Shown: positions 24,628-39,265, counted from the stretch's first letter. The stretch: DNA of 64,000 nucleotides from Octopus vulgaris (GCA_951406725.2 OX597831.1:25420001-25484000); one strand, 5' to 3'. A program made the numbers and translations. The notes: generated from the sequence alone by a model not told the origin.

Positions 24628-25789
24628 TACAAACCACTCCACTAAACACCACCAGCAACACCACCACCACATCCACCACCACAACCACTATACCTACTAA
24701 TACCAACACCACCACTACCATCAACACCAACGTCACCATCACCACCACCAACACCACCACTGCCATCACATCACCACCTCCAGTACCAACACCACTACCA
24801 CCACCACAACAACAACAACCATTACTACATACTTTAAAAGTGTAAATCATCATCATCATCATCATCATCATCGTTTAACCAGGGTCTGGGAAGCCAGGGG
24901 CTGCACCAGGCTCCGGTCTGATCTGGCAGCGTTTCTACAGCTTGATACCCTTCCTAACGCCAACTACTCCGTGAGTGTAGTGGGTGCTTTTTACGTGCCA
25001 CCGGCACAGATGCCAGGGGAGTCTGGCATCGGCCACGATCGGTTGGTGCTTTTAACGTGCCACCGGCACGGAAGCCAGCCTAAGCCAGCCAAGGCGGCAC
25101 TGGCAGGAAGCCGCCTATAGTAAACTATCAACAGATGACCGAGGAGACAAGAGTATGCAAACAACATCAACAATAATTGAGGATGATGATGATGATGATA
25201 AAAGTAATGGTGAGGATGGTGATGCTGTTGAGGTTAGTAGTTTGAGAGTGATGATGACGATGATGATGATCATCATCATCATAGTGGTTGTGATGACAGT
25301 GAGGGTGGTGATGATGACGAAGGTGATGATGATAATGAAGAGTGATGACAGTGTTGATTATGAGGGTGGTGACAATGATGATATGGTTGGGATGATGATA
25401 ATGATAGAGGTGATGATAGTAGTGACAGTTGTTTGGGTGGTGATGAAGATGATAAGGAAACTGACAATGATAAATGAGGATGGGGATGGTGGGAGTAATG
25501 ATGATGATAATGATAACAGTGATAGCATTGGTGGTGGTGGTGATGATGATAATGGGATGGTGCATTTTCGCTGGTTGGCCAATTCCTATAAACTGAAAAA
25601 TAGAATGGAAAAATGAAAAACAATGAAAGAAATTAACTAAGAAATTAAATTTTTGAAAATATGCAACTTTTGAAAGTGACTTGTAAATTTTAGTGGTTTT
25701 CCTTTGTAGATATATACAGTCTAATAATATATCGTTGTACTGTACCAGAGAACACCACCCAGGTTTAGCCCTATACTATTTTAGAAAAA

Positions 25790-26575
25790 ACATCAGAACG
25801 CCTCCACACAATACTTGAGTTACACCCCAGTACACTTTGGTACACCACACCTTAGTACACCACCACCAGTACACACACTACAGTACAATACATACCATAC
25901 AACATCCTACTGCATCCCACCACACAACACTAGCATAGACCATATCTGACCCCATTGCCTTAATAAACCACACCATAACACAATAGAACAACTTCCATAA
26001 AACTCAGCACCACAACAAAGAAGAGCATACTATACTACATGGCACCAAACCACATCATGGCCCACTGCACCTTATTCCATAGTACCACAGCACAATGCAA
26101 TGCATCATACAACACAGCACTAGACCTCACTACAACACCCTGTACTATATTACATAGTATCATTCCACAGTACCCCACACTATACTATATAGTACCACAC
26201 CACAATAGCCCATACTATATTACATAATACCCATCACAATAGCCTGTACTATATTACATAGTACCACACTACAATAGCCCATACTATATTACATAGTACC
26301 ACACTACAATAGCCCATACTATATTACATAGTACCACACTACAATAGCCCATACTATATTACATAGTATCACACTACAACAGCCCATACTATATTACATA
26401 GTACCACACTACAATAGCCCATACTACGTTACATAGTATCATACCACAGTACCCTACACTATACCATATAGTACCACACCACAATATCCCAGACTATATA
26501 ACATAGTACCACACCACACAAGAGTACACTGCACTATTCTAAGTACTACAGAAGTACTACAGCCAAACCAAACAC
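25790..26575 (+). repeat. Degenerate pentamer satellite with 35-bp higher-order repeat
   Basis: Unit atagtaccacactacaatagcccatactatattac repeated about 7 times at ~26188-26432. Confidence 0.85.
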
Positions 26576-26653
26576 AATGTTCCACATGCTTTGGTACACA
26601 CACACAGAGTACCACACTCATGCATTCATTTTCATAGCAACACATACACACAC

Positions 26654-27005
26654 AGGCGTGGCTGTGTGGTTAGAAGTTTTTTTCCTGACCTCATGATTCC
26701 AGGGTCAGTCCCACCACATGGCACCTTGTGCAAGTGCATCACAAGTACCTACTACTATAGCCTTGTGTGTGAATTTGGCGGATGGAAACTGAAAGAAGCC
26801 CATCGTATATTTTTATGTGTGCCTGTGTGTGTTTATATCCCACTACTACTTGAGAGCCGGTGTTGGTGTGTTTGTGTCCCTGTAACTTAGCAGCTTTGAC
26901 AGAGAGTAAGTACTAGGCTAAAAAATAAATAAGTGCTGGGGCTGATACATTTGACTACAATTCTTCAATGCCCCAGCATGGCCATTGTCTAATGAGTGAA
27001 ACAAG
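26654..27005 (+). mobile_element. Family B SINE (diverged)
   Basis: ggcgtggctgtgtggt..gggtcagtccca..ggcaccttgtgcaagtg..ccccagcatggcc. Confidence 0.75.
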
Positions 27006-27594
27006 AAAAAAAAACATGAAAGATATACTCACACAGACATGCAGTGCCACACACACACACACACACACACACATACATACATGCAATACCGTATACATGC
27101 ACATACACACATACGCACAGCTCCACAGTATAATGCATAAGAAGAGACAAAACTACTGTGAAGCACCAAACACCACAACCACAACAACAGCAACAACAAA
27201 TACTCCTTCTAACCACTGACACTACAACCACCACCACCGCCACCACCGCAACTACCACCACCACCACCAACACCATTGCCACGGCTATAACCGTTTTACT
27301 ATCAATACACTATGTGAACACCATCACTGCCGTCGTCACCGCCCGCCGGCACCAGCACTGACAACACTACCACCACCACCACCACCAACTATACTTGGCC
27401 TTCAATACATTCCCACCACCACCACCACCACCACCACCACCATCACTACCACTACCACCATTCCACTGCTACTACTACAGCTGCCAATATTTATTATGAA
27501 CACAAGTTCTCTTCAATAATTTCCTTGTAGCTGTTATTGTTGTATACTTGTTGTAATCAGTTGAGAGACATTAAAAGAAGATAATATAATACAC

Positions 27595-27641
<47 letters not shown>

Positions 27642-28221
27642 ATCATATATTTATATATATATATACATACACATACAAACGTACATATATACATATATAT
27701 TCATATACACACATTCATACATACACATACACAAACACACACATGCTCATAATTTATGTAGAGTGCTATGAACTCATATGAATATATCATACATACACAC
27801 AGTAGTTATATATAAGCACACACTCATTAACACACACACACACACACATAAACACACACACACATACACACACATACATACATACACATACATCCCACAC
27901 ACAACTTTCACATGTCAACATAAGAAGGAAACAGAAATTTAGACATGAAAACACGGAAACACTCACACATGTTGAGTCTGAGCGGTCAGAACACATAGGC
28001 ATAGTTACATAGTTGTATATACTCATATACACTCATACACGTGCTCATGTGCACAGTCACTCACACACACACATACACACACACACACATATATGCATAC
28101 ACAAAATAACACACACACACACACACACACCTTTAAGTACGCACACACACACATAAATATTTAGCACAGACACACATGTATGAACATTAGCAAGTTAAAG
28201 GAAAAAATAGGAATAGATACA

Positions 28222-28266
<45 letters not shown>

Positions 28267-28624
28267 TCATAATAATAAACATATATATATATACATATAC
28301 ATATATACACACATATATAAATGTCTACATTTATGTATATACATGTGTGTTTATACACACATGACAGTAGTAACCATGTGTGTATAACTTCAGATACATG
28401 TCCATAACCATGTATATATATCTCTGTATGTTACCTTGTTGAGAACAAGGTAGAGAAAGAGATAGAGAGAGAGAGAGAGTAGAACCATCATCATCATTGT
28501 CATCATCATCATCATCATCACTGTCCAGATTATCACTATCCCTATTGTTATCATTATTCTTATTATTAATAATACAAGCATTGACACCACCACCACCACC
28601 ACCACCACCACCACCACCACCACC

Positions 28625-28656
<32 letters not shown>

Positions 28657-28689
28657 CAACAACACCCACAACAACAACATTATTACACT

Positions 28690-30120
28690 CTACCTCTTAC
28701 CTTGTGGAATTATATTGTTATTCTATGGAAATGAATCATATATGTGAAATAGGCAGACGGATTTTCCGATACCTAGATTGGTTTATCTTCGATATAGGTA
28801 AGTAACCATGCTGATTGTGTTTTGATTCTGTTAAGCCTCTATTGTGGTGGTAATTTTCACTTCTTTACTTTTTCAACTAAACATCTGTTTTCAACATTGA
28901 AACAAAAATATATAAACAAACAGGCAGAACCAACCAGCAAGCAACCGAACACACCTCATGTTTCCTCACTGGAGTTTGGCAGTATTTTCGAAGAATTTTG
29001 AATTAATTTTTTTTGTTTTTGACATTTTGGGGTCTGTTGAAGAATTTTTTTTTTTCTTTTGCTTTGACTGAAATAAAAAAAATATTTTTCAAATCTTATT
29101 TTTTTTTTTACTAAGTTAAGGAAAAAAATATTCCCCAGATATAACTACAAGTCATATTAATGTTTAAAGTCTGACCATTTTCAAAAAAAATTTTCGTAGA
29201 ATGCCTTAAAAATAAACTGAATTCTTACTCAAGTTTCACTCTGTTTAAGTAACTGTAAAGTTTCTCATTCACTTACGACTGTTTATAAACATCTTCATTC
29301 ATTTAAATTTCAAATAAAAACAACTTAATTCATCTTGGCTGTGGCTATGAGAATGAGATCTAAAATAAAAATTATATTAAAATATATTCTTATTTCAATT
29401 TTTATTGTTACTAAAGAATTTTTCTGTTGTTTAAAATAGAAGGATTATGTTGTGAGGGAAGAGGCTGGGAAACTTTTTATATTTGAGGGTTTAATTGAAA
29501 TAAGTATCTTCTGATAATGCCGCATTGAAGATAATTCATTATATATACCAAAATATTTTAAGTTATTTCAAAGTAAGAAACAAAAGTATGAACTTGATTT
29601 TTAAAATATTTTTATGATAATGATTGAACTTTAGAATAAGTATAAAATATTATATGCTATCAACAAAATTTAAACTTCTTTGAAGGCCAAATGTAGGGGT
29701 TTGGAAGACCCTCTTCCACAAACTATGAGTTTTAAAGGCCATAAGTTATTTTACTTTTGAATCACAGTTACTTTGTTAGTAAAAATATTTCAGTGATTTA
29801 ACATCAAAAAATTATCATACTAAGACTTTTTTTTTAATAATAAATATTATATTGAATTGAATATCGAAAGTTATGTATTCAGATAAAACTTGTTAAATAC
29901 TGATTACTGACATCAGCTTTAAAATAAAAGTCATGTTCAGATTTATTTAGTGTGTTTTGTAAAAGAAAAGAAAGAAAAACTTTCATTATTTTCATTTCAC
30001 TTTGAGTGTTGTTGAAGAATCAGCACAAAGAAACTTCTTTCTTCTAACAACCAGTTTTGATTTTTTTTTTATCAAAGAATCTTCATTGACTTGAAAAAAG
30101 AAAATTCTTTGACGCAGCAC
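28690..30120. other. Repeat-free AT-rich island with strong splice-donor motifs (possible exon/UTR/regulatory region)
   Basis: + strand TAG|GTAAGT at 28797/28798; - strand AAG|GTAAGA at 28701/28700; no TE or microsatellite for ~1.4 kb. Confidence 0.3.
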
Positions 30121-30752
30121 ATCCTAATGTGTGTGTGTGTGTATACATATAAATATATGTATACATGCATATATATAAATGTATATATGTGTGTATGTAT
30201 GTGTGTATGTATATATATATATATATATGTGTGTGTACATATAAATATATGTATACATGCATATATATAAATGTATGTATGTGTGTATGTATATATATAT
30301 ATGTGTGTATATATACATATGTATATATGTACATATATATATATGTACACACGAACACATAAGCATACACACACACACATATATATATACATACATGTAT
30401 ATATAAATTTATATGCATGTGTGTGAGTGGTTGTATGTATGTATATCCATTAATCTACATGTGTGTATATGTGCTTATGTATTGGTGTTTTAGTTAATGG
30501 GTGTTTTGTATAATTGAGCTATTATATTTGATTATCACTCAATGTGAACATCATCATCATCATATGTCTGTAGAGAATGAATGAATATATTTTATTCTTT
30601 TATACTTTTATCAGTTTCAGTCATTGGACTCTGGCCATGCTGGGGCACTACCTTCAAAGGTTTATTCAGTTATGGTTCTTGTTTTGTTCAGACACCTATT
30701 AGCTGAAAGGCAGTATGTTGTGGCATTTTTTTTTGACAATACTGTACATAGC

Positions 30753-30795
<43 letters not shown>

Positions 30796-30949
30796 ATGGA
30801 CAAAGTGCAATGAAATTTTGAAATCACTGTCAACTTTATCCCTGTAAAAATAATTTGATACTCTCCTTTTTTTAAGGGAGATTCAATTAATGTTTGTCTC
30901 TTTCTATGCATAATTATACTTACTCCTCCTCCTCCTCCTCCTCCTCCTC

Positions 30950-31345
30950 ATCATCATCATCATCATCATACCTTAACTAATGTGTTGGTGTCCCACTCTA
31001 GGTATTTTTGCAGTCAACCATCACTACTGGTCACTGTTCTTTGTCATGCATAGCAGGTTCACTGTATTGTCACCTGTCTAGTCCTTGATGTTGCCAAACT
31101 AGGATTTTTGTCCATCAGCCCTTGTCACCCTCCCTCAGCTGCCCCTGAAGAATGGTTTTGGACAGGGAATTGTAGTGGGGGGGATTTCTGACCAAGCCAT
31201 GCAAGCTTTTATCTTTTTACCGGTGCAAGTAATGGTTCCTGTCTGCCAGCGTATTTGTTTACTTGCTGTCAGACAGAGCTATTCATTTTGTGCCCTGTGT
31301 TTCAGATAGAAATATTACCCAAGTTTCTGATGGCAGCATCCTTAA
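30950..31345 (-). mobile_element. Decayed RTE-clade LINE 3' end
   Basis: Frameshifted minus translation ..YAGRQEPLLAPVKR.KLAWLG..SLSKTILQG..GQKS.FGNIKD.TG.., then a (GAT)n tail. Confidence 0.75.
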
Positions 31346-31904
31346 GAATACACAGGCACACAGGTTCTTACTTGACTCCCACTTTTGGCTCTGAGTTCAT
31401 TCTGAGCCACACTCTGATAACTGCTTTTGGTGGCAAGTCAAAATTAATGAAGGATTAAACACTCGGAGCGGAGATAGGTACCACTCAGGATTTCTAAGGC
31501 CTAATGAAATGCCATAGTAGACACACAGTAAAAACCTAAGATAACTATGCATCAGAGCACTCCGTTAGTTATGACGATGAAGGGCTCAGCTGATACAATC
31601 AACAGAACAGCTGGCTTGTGAAATTAACGTGCAAGTGGCTGAGCATTCCACAGACATGTGTACCCTCAATGTAGTTCACAAGGAGATTCAGAGTGACACA
31701 GAATGTGACATGGCTGGCCCTTTGAAATACAGGTACAACTCATTTTTGCCAGCTGAGTGGACTGGAGCAATATGAAATAGAGAGTCTTGCTCAAGGACAC
31801 AGCGCATCACCGGGAATTGAACTCACAACCTTACAATCATGAGCCGAATGCCCTAACCACTAAGCCACATGCCCTCACTATAACTATGCATAAAAACTAT
31901 ATGG

Positions 31905-32300
31905 CAAAGGTGTAGTTGTCTGGTAAGAAGTTTGCTTCCCAACCACATGGTTCTTGGTTCAGTCCTATTGCATGACACCTTGGGCAAGTATCTTCTTTAA
32001 CCTCAGGCCAACCAAAGCCTTGTGAGTAGATTTGGGAGATGGAAACTGAAAGAAGCCTGTCGTATATATTTATATATATCTACGAGTGTGTTTCTGCAAC
32101 TGTGTTTATCCCCCACCCCCACTTGACAACTGGTGTTGATGTGTTTACATCCTTGTAACCTAGCAGTTTGGCAAAAAGAGACCAATAGAATAAGTACTAG
32201 GCTTTAAAAAATAAGTTCTGGAGTCAATTTGTTTTTACTAAAACACTTCGAGGTAGTGCTCCAGATTGGCCACAATCAACTGACAGAAACAAGTAAATAT
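31905..32300 (+). mobile_element. Family B SINE
   Basis: Matches the family B consensus. Confidence 0.8.
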
Positions 32301-33359
32301 GAATAAAGGAATGGAAAATATATGGCAGGCTTCTACACAGTTTCCATCAGAAGTAGGAGGAACTTCCTTTCAGTACTGCGCAGTGGGATTGAACACAGCA
32401 TCCCTTAGTTGCAAAGTGAACTTTGCATGCACATGGCCATGCTCATCCTTACACACGTGTGTATTTCTTTGGTAATGTTGCAATGATTTGTTTTTGCCTT
32501 TTTTGTTTGTTTTCTTTTTATAAATACAGTGCTAATGCTTGTATTAAACCTGTTCTAGGGACAATATTCAACCCCAGTATATATACTCATTGGAGAGGGA
32601 GTTAATCATGTTATGAAGAAGGAACTCCTACATGAACTAAGTTTTTGCCATTTAGTAATTCTGAGAGGACATTACCACAACCATTCTGGCTTGTGTGCTA
32701 GGCTCTTAATATTAGCATTTCCCAGCAGATTTCATGTCTCTTCACATCTATATGCTGATATGAGGCATCTTCATCATCTAACATCCATAATTCATGTTAA
32801 CATTGGTTTGATAGTTTATCAAGATCTTACAGGTCAGAGAAATGCATCAAACTTCGACATCTGTTTCGGAATGCTTTCTACAGTAGAATAAATGATTTTG
32901 TCCTCTGAAGTGACAAAACAGTGGAGTTTGACAATGACCTTGAACTCATGACCCTTTGGATTGTAGGTTTTTACTTTATCTACATAGTTTGATAATCTCA
33001 GTACTGAGACCTCAACAATGGTGTCTGTATGTGGTTGCTAAGCTCACTAGAAATAGCTGAACTCATATATTGGCCATCTTAGAAGAAGCACATTGGATAA
33101 TGTGAGGCTGGTCATTAGAAAATGGGAAGATGGTCATGATTGAAATGCATTTCATCTTAGGTCTGCTCAGTCAAAGGTGATCTGGTGCTAAGCTACAACT
33201 TCAACATTGGTATTTCTGATGCAGTTATTTGCATCATTGTTCATCCTTCCATTCCTAGCAAAGATGGAAAGATAAAAATCTTCCTTAGTGAAAGCTGAAC
33301 TTGTAACTCAATGTTACAGAAGCAAAATTCTGCAGAAAATGCTCACTGGAAATTTAATT

Positions 33360-33700
33360 TCTATTGCTTCGTCAAAGGAGGAAAGAAAAGACTTATGACC
33401 CTTTTCAGGGTCCTTAAAATTGATAGGAAGCAGGGAGGAAGTTATCCACAAACCAGATACCTGTCCCCCCCACTTGCAACAAAATGGACTTTATTAGAGG
33501 CACTAAGGACCAAAATGTTAAAACAGGTAACACATTAAGTTTACCATCCCAGAACAGGAAGAGTTCATTTTATGGTAGGATTTAAAGAAATAGGATTTAA
33601 AGACTGGAAGGATTTAAAGAAGTTATGTACCACATCATATGGATTAACCTCAATCCAAAACACTGGCTTCAATATCTTTAATAGAATGGACTGTACTGAA
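33360..33700 (+). mobile_element. Possible highly decayed Tc1 transposase fragment
   Basis: Traces resembling (P)FRV(P)..GFKD..S(P)DLNPIEN motifs, with many frameshifts. Confidence 0.3.
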
Positions 33701-34260
33701 GGTTTGCAAAGATTGGTGGGGAGGTGGTATTTTACCAGTGAATAGATGAAGCTTGTCCCCCAACAACAGGAGTGGACCCTCACACCATCTGCCACACAAG
33801 TGATTAAATTTCACTTAGAATCTTTGGTAGACCCAGCCTATGGTAGAAGACAACTTGCCCAATATACATGATGTAGAACTGAACCCAAAGGCATTTAGTT
33901 ACAAAGCAAACTTCTCAAACAGACAACTATACCTGTATCAGCTCAGCCATCGTTCTTGTAGAATGTTTGAATGTTTAGTATATTTACATAGACAATATGG
34001 GCTGGAGGTAAAAGCATGTGGCCTAGTGGTTAGGATATTTGGCTCATAATGATAAGGTCATGAGTTCAATACCCAGCAGCACATTGTGCCCTTGAGCAAG
34101 ACACTTTTTTTTCACATTGCTTTAGTCCACTCAGCTAGCAAAAATGAATAGTACCTAAATTTTAAAGGGCCAACCTTGTCACATTCAGTGTCGCACAGAA
34201 TCTCCTTAAGAACTACGTTAAGGTTACACGTCTGTGGAGTGCTCAGCCATTTGAATGTTA

Positions 34261-34812
34261 TTGGGTTGTCCAGAAAGTTCGTACCAATTTTTAAAGGAAA
34301 GAAAAAGGTCAATAAATACTTGCCATTACATTTTTAATCAACCAAATATGAACCATTTTGTTGCACAATCTGTCTCCATCTTTCCTTTAACTTGAAAATA
34401 TCCTCTTCCCAGAACTGAGGTGGTTTCATGGCAAAGAATTCATCAAGGTATCTTTTTATGTCAGCCAAGGAATTGAAATTATTACCATTAACACTATTCT
34501 GCAGAGTCCTGAATAAGTGGAAATCTGAAGGAGCAATATCTGATGAATATGGAGGGTGGGGTAATACATCCCAGCCGAGTTGCAGCAATTTTTGTCTGGT
34601 TCCCAAAGCATCAAGTGCCAAAAATGAACTTTCTTATCTTCCATTTTAAAGTGTTACAGAACTAACATAGGTTATAGGAACATTAACCTTCTTCCACGAA
34701 AAGATAGCTAAACTGTGCTCTAAATGGAGATGTAGTCAATCCCTATTTTATGGACTCAACCATGTTCTAAAATAAGTTGAAAGGTAAGCTACAAACTTTC
34801 CGGACAACCCAA
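34261..34812 (-). mobile_element. Internally deleted mariner element (552 bp) with transposase remnants
   Basis: TA TSD; TIRs ttgggttgtccagaaagtt / aactttccggacaacccaa; N-terminus MEDKKVHFWHLMLWE joined out of frame to C-terminus LGWDVLPHPPYSSDIAPSDFHLFRTLQN..RWRQIVQQNGSY (mariner YSPDLAPSD motif). Confidence 0.95.
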
Positions 34813-36486
34813 TACTTTCATGAGCAGGATGTTCTGTTGATTAGATCGACTGGAACCCTTATCATCTTAACCAGCAGAGTACCAGTATTATTGGTTAGAG
34901 GTAAAACTCCTAGAAAAGAAAACCAGTGTCCTGGTGTTAATTCTTAGGTGTCGCTATCATAGATCATTTATTAAGAAAATGTTCTTGATGAAATATGCAT
35001 GAACACCACACAACCCTTATTAAGTTATTGCTTAGCCCCCGGTGAACTCTGAATAAGACTTATAGCCAATAACAGGCAGTCCAGCCATGACCATCATCTT
35101 TTTATTAAGGTGGTTCTATTTAAGATTATGTCTCCTTCTTAAAATACACAAAATATGATTTAAAAGTAATTTTGGCTGCTATTTCTAGCAAATCAAATGA
35201 CTAGGTAGACAAATCCTTGTTGCCTGGTTGTGTCTGTAGACTGCTGAGGCAGAATGTAGTTGGACAAATGATTTCATGCGCCCATTTGATTATGTCAGTG
35301 CTGTGAGTTCAAATCTCACTTAGGTCATCATGAACTCTCATATACTATCACAGCTACGACCACTAAAACTACAACCATCACAATCCCCACTACTGCTATC
35401 TATAAACCATCAACCCATTAAAGTTTGAAGCCTCCAGGGTGGTAACTTTATAATTATTCCCAACACACAAGGGACAGTAAGATATTTTCTATTCAAGCCT
35501 TTTCTAACTTATTTATTTTTTAATCTTTTACTTGCTTCAGTCATTAGATTACGACCATGTTGGAGCACCTCCCTGAAGTGGATTTAGTTGAACATGTCAC
35601 CCCCTCCCCAATGGATTTTTTTCCCTTTTAAGCCTCATACTTGGATATAAACAAACCAACACCAGTTGACAAGCAGTGGTTGGGCACATACACAGGCACA
35701 ATGTATATGTGGTCACTCAAACTGCAAGATATAGCAGCTGAATCTTCCTCGAATCTCACTCAGCTTGTTTCAGAAATGTCAGAACAACACATTCGATAAT
35801 GCAGTCGTACGTAGATAAACAGATAACAATATTAAAAATAAATAAATTAAAAACAAACAAAAAAAAAAAAGACAGGATGGGAATTATTTGAATGCTTTGG
35901 ATCATAGGACTGCTCACTGAAGGCCGACCGAGGGTTAAACAGCAACAACGTATTAAGAAGCATGAAAGCAACAACATCCAGTACCATTTCTACTTATAAA
36001 TTTGAAAGCCAGCGCCTGCTGCTTTAGAGGCAAATATTAACATTGATGTTTCCTTAGCAACAGAATAAAACCAGTTGCTATGAAAATGATGCTGAGTGAA
36101 TGGATTGTATATCGCAGTTTAGACGGTATGCTTGTATATAAGTATGTGTATGTATGTAATTATATATGTATGTAATTCTGTATCTATGTTTGTATGTATG
36201 TATGTATGTATGTATGTAGAATATCGTGTTTATTCGTTTATTGATAATGAAGTGTCAGTAACAAAGCTAACATTTATAAATACAACATTATTCACACATA
36301 TATACACACACACACACTCGCATAAAAACTCACATACATTCTTGTGTGTATGTGTGTGTGTGTACGCATGTGGGTGTGTGTACTCATGTGTGTGTGTGTA
36401 TGCATATATACATATTCATAAATGTACATTTAAGAAATAAATAATATATGTATGTAAGTATATATATGTATGTGTGTGTGTGTGTG

Positions 36487-36529
<43 letters not shown>

Positions 36530-37135
36530 AACAGAGATATATAGAGATGGATAGGCAGACAGGTATACATACTTACATTCATGCATACATACACATGCAC
36601 ATATACGTAGATACATACAGATACACACATACGTATGTACATACATACATAAATACATACATACATACAAACATACATACAGATACACACATACGTATGT
36701 ACATACATACATAAATACATACATACATACATACATACATACATACATACATACATACATACATACATACAGATACACACATACAAACATACATACATAC
36801 ATACAGATACACACATACATAAATACATAAAAACATACATACATACATACATAAATACATACATACATACATACATACATACATTCAGGTGCAAGCATTG
36901 CTGTCAAGAAGTTCTCTTTCCAACCCCATGGTTGACACAAGGTACCTTGTACCTCCTACAAGAGCTTTCTATTATAAACTTGGGATGACGAAAGATTTGT
37001 GAATGGATTTACTAGACAGAATCTTCTTATTCCATTTTTTGCATAATTTCCCTGCAATTTTCTTCTCATTCTTTTCTTATTTTCTCACTGTCCAGCATCC
37101 CAGGTCTTTTTTAATATATCTAATACATGAACAAA

Positions 37136-37553
37136 GCGCAGGAGTTGCTGTGTGGTAAGTAGCTTGCTAACCAACCACATGGTTCCGGGTTCAGTCCCAC
37201 TGCGTGGCACTTTGGGCAAGTGTCTTCTGCTATAGCCCTGGGCCAACCAATGCCTTGCGAGTGGATTTGGTAGACGGAAACTGAAAGAAGCCTGTCGTAT
37301 ATATGTATATATATATATATATGTATTTGTGTGTGTGTGTTTGTGTGTCTGTGTTTGTCCCCCTAGCATTGCTTGACAACCGCTGCTGGTGTGTTTACGT
37401 CCCCATCACTTAGCGGTTCGGCAAAAGAGACCGATAGAATAAGTACTGGGCTTACAAAGAATAAGTCCCGGGGTCGATTTGCTCGACTAAAGGCGGTGCT
37501 CCAGCATGGCCGCAGTCAAATGACTGAAACAAGTAAAAGAGTAAAAGAGTAAA
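37136..37553 (+). mobile_element. Family B SINE (young, CpG-rich)
   Basis: Full-length copy with (gtaaaaga)n tail. Confidence 0.9.
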
Positions 37554-37971
37554 AAAGCCTGAAAGACTGCTTGGTGATACAAGGTGTGTTTTATAAATCT
37601 GCTTATTTAAAGTATCGTAAAAGCATGAAACTCTTAGTAGCTCTTTCGGTATGTTTATTAAATTGATATGATATATATTTCTCACTGGATGGAGTACTCT
37701 TTCTGTTCATTTTACCTATATTGCATATGTATAATATTTTCCTAATAACAATGTCTGAAGGACGAACAATGTAATAGCATACCTTTAATGTAAGACTGAG
37801 GAAGTGTCTCCCCAATGTCTAAAATGCCAAATATTACATGATTTTTCATTTAGAATTTTTGCATAAACTGGTGGTGCAGAAAGAGATGGTATAGAAACAT
37901 TTCTAACTTATAACTAAGGATGTGTTAAAGAATTTTCTTTGTCTTCTTTTCACTGAATTATACATATATAT

Positions 37972-38129
37972 GTGAGTGGCTGTGGGGTAAATAGCTTGCT
38001 TACCAACTACATGGTTCCGGGTTCATTCTCACTGTGTGGCACCATGGGCAAGTGTCTACTACTGTAGCCTCGGGCTGACTAAAGCCTTCTGAGTGGATTT
38101 GGTAGACAGAAACTGAAAGAAGCCTGTCG

Positions 38130-38228
<99 letters not shown>

Positions 38229-38434
38229 ATGTTTGTTTGTTTGTTCCTCCAGCATTGCTTGACAACCGACGGTTGTGCGTTTTACGTCCCCATAACTTAG
38301 CAGTTCAGCAAAAGCCACTCATAGAATAAATACTAGGCTTACAAAGAATAAGTTCTGAGGTCGATTTGCTCGACTGAAGGTGGTGCTCCAGCATGGGCAC
38401 AGTCAAATAACTGAAGAAGTAAAAGCGTAAAAGA
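37972..38434 (+). mobile_element. Family B SINE with expanded internal (GT)n
   Basis: Matches the consensus; internal (TA)n(GT)n at 38130-38227. Confidence 0.85.
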
Positions 38435-39265
38435 ATGCATAACATATATATATATATATCCCAGCAAGGTGATGTTTTCACAAGGGACTGGAAATTAAGA
38501 ACACTCTTATACATGGACCATACTCATTTATAACACATGACATCAAGACGAGAAGACACAATGTCACACATACTCATGGACATACAACATATATATATAT
38601 ATATTTACACACATATATATATATATGTAAGCCTTACACAACTACATTCTTTAACATATATTTATATATGTGAAGGCACATAGCCCAGTGGTTAGGTGGT
38701 TGCACTGACAATCGTGGGTTTGATTCTCAGATCAAGCAGCGTGTTATGTTAATGTGCAAAACACTTTGTTTCAGATTGTTCCAGTCCGCTCAGCTGTAAA
38801 TAGGCCACCCTGTGATAAACTAGCCTTCTGATCAGGGGAAATGTTGGCTGGCTTGCCTACCCAGTAGGGTGGCATCATTTAAAAGCTAAATAACAACGCA
38901 AAGTGCATTGTGACCAGACCAGTGATGTCTGATAATCTTGCCGATCACTTTACCATGTGATTTTTCTATATATGTACGTAAGTATGTGTATGTGTGTATT
39001 TTTATGTATATACATCATCATCATCATCATCATTATTTAACATCCGTGTTTTATGCTGACTGGGTTGAATGACTTCCCGAGTTTCAATGGGATGAAGAAC
39101 TGCATTTTGCTCCAGCATCTATTTTGACATGGTTTCCAAAGCTAGATGCCCTTCCCAATTCCAATCACTTTATCACATGTACTGGGTGCTCTTTCTTCCT
39201 GTCATTAGCACTTGTGGGGTCACAATGCAGCTTTCAAGACAATGAACCTTGAGGACAACAACCTT

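Noticed and set aside
26188-26432. CRISPR-like regular 35-bp repeats
   Set aside because: Head-to-tail tandem units with no spacers or cas genes; eukaryotic minisatellite.
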